This document shows, piece by piece, positions 26,873-34,255 of a stretch of 43,286 bases of DNA (the stretch's first letter is position 1; the number at the start of each line of letters is the position of its first letter). Made by a program: the position numbers and the translations under genes. This DNA is from a virus (taxonomy: Duplodnaviria > Caudoviricetes). Where the stretch lies: positions 1-43,286 of IMG/VR virus record IMGVR_UViG_3300036982_000428; one strand, written 5' to 3'. The notes under the pieces were generated by a model. The model did not search any database, was not told the DNA's origin, and saw only the letters and a list, made by a program, of their open reading frames with translations.

Positions 26873-27617
26873 TTTTAATCAATTTTTTAAGTTTATAAAT
26901 CATTCTCTGTGCATCTATTATTTCAGGTGGATATTTGCCATGTCTGTTATAAAATAATAAATCTCTCCTATGTACTAATGCTAAATTCTCTAATTCAAAA
27001 TTTCTTTTATTACCATCAACAAATATTACTGCATGCTTTTCCGGTATCTCTCCAAAAATATTTTTCCAAACTAATCTGTGCTTCAATTCCCATGTACTCG
27101 GTTCATCTATCTTGACTAATGTGTAACCATCTTTATCTGTCCTTTCAGAACCTACTGTTACATAATTTGGTGGTTTATTACCTTTCTTAAAACTGGTTAC
27201 ATTTGCACCCATGTAACCTTTTACTCCTTTATTCCATGCTTCCTGATTTTTTACAAATCTATGTGTTTTACCATGTTTTAAAAGATTATCAATATAGGCA
27301 GTTTTCAAAGCACTTAAGTATTCTTTTGACTTATGAATACCTAACAGATTAGCTTTATTATAAATCTTTGAAATTGGGCAATCAAAATACTTAATTAAAA
27401 ATTCATTATTACTATTTGGATAGTATTTTTTTAAATCTTCTACTTGTTCTTCTGTCCAATTCTTTTTTCTTACTAATTTTTTTATCTTTAGCCTGTTAGC
27501 CTTATCTTTTATCCTGTTACGATTTAATCCGAAAATTTCAACTAATTCTCTATCATTTGTTGTTGGATAAAGTTCAATCAGCTTTTCGGTCATTTCTTTA
27601 GTCCATACTCGTTTCAT
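26853..27617 (-). CDS. HNH endonuclease with N-terminal repeated helical units
   Basis: WT.E...L...YP x2; FKKGNKP; HRLVW...GEIP...IFVDGNKRN...ENL. Confidence 0.85.
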   Translation of the reverse strand: MKRVWTKEMTEKLIELYPTTNDRELVEIFGLNRNRIKDKANRLKIKKLVRKKNWTEEQVEDLKKYYPNSNNEFLIKYFDCPISKIYNKANLLGIHKSKEYLSALKTAYIDNLLKHGKTHRFVKNQEAWNKGVKGYMGANVTSFKKGNKPPNYVTVGSERTDKDGYTLVKIDEPSTWELKHRLVWKNIFGEIPEKHAVIFVDGNKRNFELENLALVHRRDLLFYNRHGKYPPEIIDAQRMIYKLKKLIKNAKEQD

Positions 27618-28966
27618 ATCTTATTTTTTATAGCGTTCCATCTATGCCATGCCCATCCATTTTTATAACCCATCTTTTTTTCTACTAACTTCAATTCTTC
27701 ATAGGTTCTTGCCTGTCTGATTATATCTTTCTTTTCTATCTTTTCCATCTCTACCAATAAACCATCTAACTTTGTCAACTTACGGACCTTTGTTTCAACT
27801 TCTACACCACAAGCAGGACATTTAGTATCATTAAAAACAAAGTAACATTTCTTACATACTTTAAATTTTATATCAGGTTCAGAATCTTTTTTCTTTTTCT
27901 TTTTATCCTTACCGGATAAGGACCAATCTCTATCAGCTAATGGATGTCCATGCTTTAAAACATTACCAACATGATCCAGGATAACACAGCTATCTTTACC
28001 GGCACATGTTCTTAATGCTCTCCCTACCTGTTGCAAATACAATGATTCAGACTGTGTTGGTCTTAACAAAATAGCACATCCAATAGCAGGAATATCTGTT
28101 CCCTCACTAATAAGGTCACAACTGGTTACAATCTGTAACCTGCTTGAACTTAATCCGGATAAGATTCTATCAATTTCAGACTGTTGCATGCTTCCATCAA
28201 TACTTTCAGCTGAATAGCCTGCAGACTTAAATTCATTAGCTACATCAATACTATGCTTAACAGAAACACAGAATACAACTGCAGGTACACCATCACACAA
28301 CATTCTGTAATGTTCAACTGCATTACCGGTGATGGTAGATTTATTCATTTCCTGCTCCAGTTCCTTTTTATTATAGTCACCTGCAGTAACTTTTACTCTA
28401 CCTAATTGCAGATTGTTTGGTGGAATAAAAATACGAGGTCTAACCAGGTAACCTAAATCTGTTAATTCTTGAATAGAGCTTCCAACTATTAGATCATCAA
28501 ATACGTCATCTAATCCTTGACCATTTGTTCTTACCGGTGTAGCTGTTACTCCTAATACTAAAGAATTACTATAATTATCAATTATCTTTTTATAAGTAGG
28601 TGAAACAGCATGATGTGCTTCATCTACTATAATAAGATCAGGATTAAAATACTGCATTCTGTTAATCAGACTTCCAATCTTAGCTACCTGACATGTATAG
28701 TTATAATTAGCACTATATCCGGCTCCAATCAAACCATGCTGAACATTAAATGTCTGCAATGTTTTACTGGTCTGCTTAAATAAGCTATCTCTGTGTACTA
28801 AAATCAATACTTTTTTATTCTTATCTATTGCAGCTTTACATATATATGAAAATACAATAGTTTTACCACCACCTGTTGGAAGAACTAACAATGGTGTTTT
28901 CTTTCCATTCCGGTATGAATCTCTAATTAGATTGACTGCACTATCCTGATATGGTCTTAAATTCAT
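27614..28966 (-). CDS. SF2 (DEAH) DNA helicase with C-terminal Zn ribbon
   Basis: LRPYQ; PTGGGKT; DEAHH; TATP; QQVGRALR; CxxC...CxxC. Confidence 0.95.
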   Translation of the reverse strand: MNLRPYQDSAVNLIRDSYRNGKKTPLLVLPTGGGKTIVFSYICKAAIDKNKKVLILVHRDSLFKQTSKTLQTFNVQHGLIGAGYSANYNYTCQVAKIGSLINRMQYFNPDLIIVDEAHHAVSPTYKKIIDNYSNSLVLGVTATPVRTNGQGLDDVFDDLIVGSSIQELTDLGYLVRPRIFIPPNNLQLGRVKVTAGDYNKKELEQEMNKSTITGNAVEHYRMLCDGVPAVVFCVSVKHSIDVANEFKSAGYSAESIDGSMQQSEIDRILSGLSSSRLQIVTSCDLISEGTDIPAIGCAILLRPTQSESLYLQQVGRALRTCAGKDSCVILDHVGNVLKHGHPLADRDWSLSGKDKKKKKKDSEPDIKFKVCKKCYFVFNDTKCPACGVEVETKVRKLTKLDGLLVEMEKIEKKDIIRQARTYEELKLVEKKMGYKNGWAWHRWNAIKNKI

Positions 28967-28997
28967 TTTTTTTTAAATTATTTTAATAAGTATAGTG

Positions 28998-29025
28998 CAA
29001 AAATAATATTTTTATTTTATTTTTG
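28998..29025. promoter_or_regulatory. Back-to-back divergent TAnnTTTG elements
   Basis: TATTTTTG on - strand (29005-28998) and on + strand (29018-29025), between divergent genes. Confidence 0.7.
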
Positions 29026-29071
29026 TCATATCAAATGAAATTTATTTAAAAATCTTTAAAATTATCACAAA

Positions 29072-29542
29072 ATGAAAACACATTGGAGAAAGTTGAAAGA
29101 CACAAATTATCTCGGTTCATGGGATGTTGTGGACAATGAATTGATTCTTACAATCAATGACATTGAAACTAAAAAGGTTCAGTCACCTGATGGCAAAACA
29201 GAAGAACTGCCAGTAATGACATTCAAAGAAGATTACAAACCTATGATTCTGAATGCTACAAATTTTAAAGCAATACAGAAAGCACACAATTCTCCTTTCC
29301 TGGAAGATTGGATAGGCAAAAAGATTGCAATCTATGTTACATCAGTAAAAGCATTCGGTTCTGTTGTTGATGCTCTTAGAATTAAACCATCAGCACCAAA
29401 AACAACAAAAACTGTACTGACTGTTGACAATCCTAAATTCAAATCTATCAAAGAAAAACTTGCTTCCGGTGAAACAACTATTGATACTGTTAAGCAATAC
29501 TTTGAACTTTCTGATGATATTATTAACCAATTAAAATCTTAA
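29072..29542 (+). CDS. Putative ssDNA annealing / recombination protein
   Basis: THWRK...YLGSWD...KPMILNATN...EDWIGKKI family; paired with an exonuclease. Confidence 0.55.
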   Translation: MKTHWRKLKDTNYLGSWDVVDNELILTINDIETKKVQSPDGKTEELPVMTFKEDYKPMILNATNFKAIQKAHNSPFLEDWIGKKIAIYVTSVKAFGSVVDALRIKPSAPKTTKTVLTVDNPKFKSIKEKLASGETTIDTVKQYFELSDDIINQLKS

Positions 29543-29544
29543 TC

Positions 29545-30141
29545 ATGCTTAGACCATCTCAATTCTCAAAAATTATGACCACTTCAAGAGGTGGCAAAGG
29601 TTTTGGACAAACAGCACTTACTTACGCTGATGAAGTTATTCTTGACATCTTAGATGTTGAACGTTATGAAGTTACTGCTAAATCATTACAGCATGGGACT
29701 GAAAACGAATCTTTAGCCAAACAAGCCTATACTGAAAACACTATGAATACTATTGTAGATGTGGACAAACCATTGGTTCATCCTGCTTACAATTTTATTC
29801 AAGGCACTCCGGATGGATTGATTGGATTAAATAAGATAATCGAAATCAAATGTCCTTGGAATCCAACAAACCATCTTAATAACTTACTTGAAAACAATAA
29901 ATTTGTTCATGAAGATCCTGGAACATACATGTCTGATTATTGGTGGCAAATACAAGGTTACATGTGGATAACAGAACGTGAAAATTGTGATTTTGTAACT
30001 TATGATCCACGTTTTCCGGAACATCTTCAACTTTGTATCACTCACGTTTTAAGAAATGATGAAGATATAAAACGACTTGATGAAAGATGCCAGGAGTTTT
30101 GGTATGAGATAGTTCAGAATAAACTAACATTCTTCATATAA
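29545..30141 (+). CDS. YqaJ / lambda-exonuclease-like nuclease
   Basis: HGTENE; TPDGL; IEIKCP; YWWQIQGYM; FVTYDPR. Confidence 0.9.
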   Translation: MLRPSQFSKIMTTSRGGKGFGQTALTYADEVILDILDVERYEVTAKSLQHGTENESLAKQAYTENTMNTIVDVDKPLVHPAYNFIQGTPDGLIGLNKIIEIKCPWNPTNHLNNLLENNKFVHEDPGTYMSDYWWQIQGYMWITERENCDFVTYDPRFPEHLQLCITHVLRNDEDIKRLDERCQEFWYEIVQNKLTFFI

Positions 30142-30175
30142 AAAAGATGGTCCTGGGGTAACAACTTCCAGGACC
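30140..30175. terminator. Hairpin between convergent genes
   Basis: GGTCCTGG/CCAGGACC stem; A-run on the left gives a U-tract on the - strand. Confidence 0.7.
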
Positions 30176-30194
30176 TTCAAAATTATGGCAAGAT

Positions 30195-30458
30195 TCAAAA
30201 CGTATCAAATTTATAACATTCCAATGAATTATAAAATTTTTCATTATATTCTTTTCCTCGAATGTTAAAATGAACTTCAATTCTGCTACCGGTTGATAAA
30301 CTTTTTAACAGATCTGTTTTGTCTCCTAACAGGTCAAATTTTACCTTTTGCGGATACTTATCTTCTGTTTCAATTACAAATTCTGCTGTCTTAAATTTCT
30401 TATCTCCTCTCTCTGTAATGGAAGATTTTTGAATTACTTTGCCTGCAACTTTAAACAT
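30195..30458 (-). CDS. DUF3127 OB-fold ssDNA-binding protein
   Basis: EFVIETEDKYPQKVKF...VHFNIRGKEYN.KFYNSL. Confidence 0.85.
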   Translation of the reverse strand: MFKVAGKVIQKSSITERGDKKFKTAEFVIETEDKYPQKVKFDLLGDKTDLLKSLSTGSRIEVHFNIRGKEYNEKFYNSLECYKFDTF

Positions 30459-30489
30459 TTTTTAATAATTTTTAGTGTTAAATAATGCT

Positions 30490-30560
30490 CAAATATAAGA
30501 CTAATTTTCATAAAAAAAATAAAACATTTTGTTTGATATTAGTTACTGTCTTTACATTTG
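30490..30560. promoter_or_regulatory. Divergent promoter elements
   Basis: TATATTTG on - strand (30497-30490); TTTG-N21-TACATTTG on + strand (30528-30560). Confidence 0.65.
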
Positions 30561-31121
30561 TTATTATTACAATAAATACAACAACAATAATTATCAAAAA
30601 CAATAAATGTATAAACACTAAACTATTTTTATAATTATAGTTTTATACACGAAAATATTTTTTCGACTTTTTAGTTAAATTTTAGTTAACAATTAAAAAT
30701 AAATCTTTCTGTATTATGCTTCAATACTATACTTTCAGACGATTTTTCATTATTAGTAAAAAAAAAATAAGGGTTACAGAGAATATGTGAGACTCTGTGT
30801 GAAAGTCTAACACAAAAACAATTCTTATATATATATTTATATTTTTTTATAATAATGAAAATAATAATAAGATATAGTGACACACTACCTTTCAGAAAGA
30901 TTTTTTTTTAATTAGACATTAAATGCGACAAATACGACGTTTTATGCTATTTTTCAACAAATATTTTCTGATTGTTTAACTTTATCCAAAAAAACCATCT
31001 AAAACGAACAAAAACCGACTTAATTTCAATTTTATTTACAAAGTGGTATATTCGTATCACTCACATTGAAAAAGTGTCTTAAAATAGCCTTTAAATAAAT
31101 CTAAAACAATTTGTTTCAATT
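30561..31121. other. Very AT-rich non-coding region (candidate origin / pac region)
   Basis: No credible ORF; lies at the early/late junction ahead of terS. Confidence 0.4.
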
Positions 31122-31397
31122 ATGATAATTTTGAGCCAAGAAAATACAGATATTTGGATAAAAATTGATAAAAAATTTAAACCAGTACTGGAGAAGTACA
31201 AATGGAAAATTAACAGCCTTGGTTATCCTGTTGCATGGATAGAAAACAAACAAATTACCATGTCAAAATTTATCATCCAACTAAATAATATTTCAGTTCC
31301 TGATGGTCATGTGATAAGCTATATAAATTCTGACCGGACAGATAACAGATTAAAAAATTATCAAATAATTCCAAGAAATAAAAATAAAAGAAAATAA
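31122..31397 (+). CDS. Small HNH-like protein (degenerate HNH)
   Basis: VISYINSDRTDNRLKN; catalytic His appears replaced. Confidence 0.6.
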   Translation: MIILSQENTDIWIKIDKKFKPVLEKYKWKINSLGYPVAWIENKQITMSKFIIQLNNISVPDGHVISYINSDRTDNRLKNYQIIPRNKNKRK

Positions 31398-31402
31398 TTT
31401 CA

Positions 31403-31410
31403 TATTTTTG
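31403..31410 (+). promoter_or_regulatory. TAnnTTTG -7 element upstream of the packaging operon
   Basis: TATTTTTG. Confidence 0.6.
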
Positions 31411-31476
31411 TAATGATCGGATGTTTTCATAAAAATATGATTTAGAGTTTGCCCCTGTTACCAGGCAGGGGTTTTT
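31411..31476 (+). ncRNA. Candidate ~60-nt leader / small RNA ending in a terminator before terS
   Basis: CCCCTG/CAGGGG stem plus T5 (31452-31476); body antisense to gene starts. Confidence 0.55.
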
Positions 31477-31487
31477 AAAAAAAAATT

Positions 31488-31895
31488 ATGGGTAGACCAA
31501 AGAAATTTGACAATGTAGAAGATCTACAGCTTTTGATAAATGAATACTTTGCATGGTGTGACGCAAGGATTGAATCTGTCTTAACTAAAGATGGTGAATT
31601 AATTGATAAACCATCTCCAAGACCTTACACAGTTGAGGGTTTAGCAGTTTGGTTAGACATGGACAGACATACACTTCAAGACTATGAAAAACTACCAACA
31701 CATTCACTGTTTCACTCCACAATAAAAAAAGCAAAGGCAAGAGTGCTTCAAAATCTGCAAGAAAGAGCCTTGGATGGCAAAAATAATGCAGCCGTTACCA
31801 TCTTCAATCTGAAAAATAATTTTCAGTTCAGAGAGAAAGATTATGACGATCATGGCAGCAATGACATCAATGTGAAAATAAATTATACAGAATAG
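31488..31895 (+). CDS. terS: Terminase small subunit (P22 gp3-like DNA-packaging family)
   Basis: GRPKKF...INEYF...PYTVEGLAVWL...IFNLKNNF. Confidence 0.85.
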   Translation: MGRPKKFDNVEDLQLLINEYFAWCDARIESVLTKDGELIDKPSPRPYTVEGLAVWLDMDRHTLQDYEKLPTHSLFHSTIKKAKARVLQNLQERALDGKNNAAVTIFNLKNNFQFREKDYDDHGSNDINVKINYTE

Positions 31896-31930
31896 ATTTT
31901 AGGTTTTAGTTTTTAGTGTTAAAAAATCGG

Positions 31931-31958
31931 GCAGCATGTAATAGTGCTGCTTTTTTTT
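31931..31958 (+). terminator. Terminator between terS and terL
   Basis: GCAGCA/TGCTGC stem plus T8, ending 3 nt before the terL ATG. Confidence 0.75.
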
Positions 31959-31961
31959 CAG

Positions 31962-33413
31962 ATGGCAAGAAATGTTGAATTAAAATTATTCAGACCACAT
32001 GCAGGTCAGAAACGTATTCAGGAACAGAGAAGAAGATTTAATTGCATAGTTTGTGCCAGGCGATTTGGCAAAACTGAATTGATTACATCTGTTGCTGATG
32101 CTTTAATATTTCCTGCAGTCTTTGAGGGTAAATATATTGGAATCTTTGTTGATGACTTTAAAGACTTTGCACTATCATGGCAACGTGTTATTGATACTTA
32201 CAAACTATCAGCAGACAATGGGTTGATTCTGCACAAAGATGAAACAGCTAAGATAATTAAATTTGTTACCGGTGGCATTCTTGAAGTTTGGTCCATTGGT
32301 GATGAGGGTAGAAAAGAAAAAGGTCGAGGTCGTAAATATCACAGAGTTATCTATGAAGAAACACAAAAGATTCCATCACACATCCTGGAGTATCATTGGA
32401 AAACTGTTGCAAGACCAACACTAACAGATTACAAAGGAGAAGCATTTTTTATTGGTACTGCAGCCGGTAAAGATAATTACTGGTATCAGCTATGTCAGAA
32501 CGGTGCCAGGAATGGCAATTGTGAATTTAACTACTACAAAGAACTTGATCTTCCACAATCTGATAACACATCAGAAAACTGGATGACATTTAGGATGGTA
32601 ACAACAGACAATCCTAAGATAGACCCATTTGAAGTTAAAGATGCTTCCAGGGATTTGGATAGCTTAACATTTGAGCAGGAATACATGTCTGTCTTTGTTG
32701 ACTATTCCGGTGAAGCTTGGGTATATGTGCTTAAAGATAAGGACCTGCAGAATAAAGTTTTCACTAAATCAAAACCTATCAATTGGCAAACTGAACAGTT
32801 ATACATCAGCTTTGACTTTAATAAGATTCCAATGACTGCAGCAGTAATGAAAAAAGTTACTCTGAATCCAACTGATGTAGCATTGACCAAATACAAGTAT
32901 GGTGTTCACATAGTTAAAGAATTTAAGTTAGGTAGTGAAGAACGTGGTGAAGCATCCATCTATGATACATGTTTTGCAATCAGAGAATGGGTATATCAAG
33001 AAACAGGTAAGAAGATTGGTTTATGGGGGGACAAAATGTACCCATGTAGCGTTCCATTTGTTATTACTGGAGATGCATCCGGTAACAGGTCTGATGGTAG
33101 ACAGAAAGTTCCTGTCACTTATTATGAAATCATCCAGGAAGAACTGCAGATTTCAAAAGATAAGTTTTATATTCCAAAAGCTAATCCATTCCATGCTGAA
33201 AGTTATGTTCAGGTAAATACTTTAATAAGTAAATGTCCTGAATTTAGAATATATGAAGATAAATGTCCAAATTTGCGTATGGATGTGCTAAGAATTAAAT
33301 CTAACAATAGCAGACAGATAATTAAAGGCAAAGGAGAAGAAAGGCAAGCAGACTTATTAGACAATTTGCGTTATTTAATAAACAGTTTTTGCCATGATAT
33401 TAAAATTTCTTAA
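31962..33413 (+). CDS. terL: Terminase large subunit
   Basis: PHAGQ; ARRFGKT (Walker A); GRGRKYHRVIYEE (Walker B); FEQEY; SFDFN; GDASG; DLLDNLRY; ATG 31962 preferred over GTG 31944. Confidence 0.95.
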   Translation: MARNVELKLFRPHAGQKRIQEQRRRFNCIVCARRFGKTELITSVADALIFPAVFEGKYIGIFVDDFKDFALSWQRVIDTYKLSADNGLILHKDETAKIIKFVTGGILEVWSIGDEGRKEKGRGRKYHRVIYEETQKIPSHILEYHWKTVARPTLTDYKGEAFFIGTAAGKDNYWYQLCQNGARNGNCEFNYYKELDLPQSDNTSENWMTFRMVTTDNPKIDPFEVKDASRDLDSLTFEQEYMSVFVDYSGEAWVYVLKDKDLQNKVFTKSKPINWQTEQLYISFDFNKIPMTAAVMKKVTLNPTDVALTKYKYGVHIVKEFKLGSEERGEASIYDTCFAIREWVYQETGKKIGLWGDKMYPCSVPFVITGDASGNRSDGRQKVPVTYYEIIQEELQISKDKFYIPKANPFHAESYVQVNTLISKCPEFRIYEDKCPNLRMDVLRIKSNNSRQIIKGKGEERQADLLDNLRYLINSFCHDIKIS

Positions 33414-33425
33414 TAAATTTGAATT

Positions 33426-33989
33426 ATGAAATGGTTTAACAGAGAAACAAGAGCAGAAAGAAACGAAAAAAACTTTAAAAAATGGCTAAACAGTTACATA
33501 CCAAAAGCGACAAACCAACGCATAGAACTTGTGAGAATTTTTACGGATCGCAGCGACAACAACTGGTACATTTTGAAGAATGCCGGACAGCTGACAAAGG
33601 AGAGATCTCAAAGGATAGAAGAAAGCATGTTGGCAATAGAATACGGAGTAAGCAAACAAGAGATAATGGATAAGATGAATGAGGTCCTGACAAACGTTAA
33701 AGATTTACCCTGGATAAATGCAACTAAGGATAAGCTAAGACAGTTTGTAGAATCATCACAGAATGCCATCAATGATTTGTTATTCCGGATGAAGAATATC
33801 ACTCTTGATGACATGTTGATTCAAGCAGGATTATATTTTTTTTATATTGATGGTGAGAATCCATACATCATAAATGAAGAAACGCAGCAAAGAAAATTAG
33901 AAGCTATCAAGCAGGATGATGAATTGCGTAGTTTTTTTTTGACCAGTATGGAACAAATATTGAGAGGTTTGAACGATACAAAAAAATAA
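33426..33989 (+). CDS. Tail assembly chaperone (gpG-like)
   Basis: Upstream of tape measure; T TTT TTT slippery site near its 3' end. Confidence 0.7.
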   Translation: MKWFNRETRAERNEKNFKKWLNSYIPKATNQRIELVRIFTDRSDNNWYILKNAGQLTKERSQRIEESMLAIEYGVSKQEIMDKMNEVLTNVKDLPWINATKDKLRQFVESSQNAINDLLFRMKNITLDDMLIQAGLYFFYIDGENPYIINEETQQRKLEAIKQDDELRSFFLTSMEQILRGLNDTKK

Positions 33990-34255
33990 ACTTTCCAAAA
34001 CTTAATCAGTCCGGAAAGGAAAAGAAAGATAAAAAGCCGCACTACTATCAGAAAGCATTATTAGATTTAAGGGCAAAGAACAGAGAAAACGATTATATTA
34101 TTTGCAAAGGTGATACTATTGCAATGCAGGATGTAAAATATTGGTGTTTACAAGATTATTACACAGCATTGGAACAGATAATCCGAGATAATGAAAAAGC
34201 CTTACAGGAAGCTAATAAATTAAAAGAAAATGGCGGAAATAAAAGACGTATATAG
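33932..34255 (+). CDS. -1 frameshift extension of tail chaperone (gpGT-like; fusion about 276 aa)
   Basis: -1 frame opens right after TAG 33929-31 at the T9 run and stays open to TAG 34253-55, with no early ATG. Confidence 0.8.
   Translation, partial: FFFDQYGTNIERFERYKKINFPKLNQSGKEKKDKKPHYYQKALLDLRAKNRENDYIICKGDTIAMQDVKYWCLQDYYTALEQIIRDNEKALQEANKLKENGGNKRRI

Noticed and set aside
30686-30883. 65-aa - strand ORF in the AT-rich region
   Set aside because: Low-complexity I/K/F/Y translation typical of non-coding AT-rich DNA
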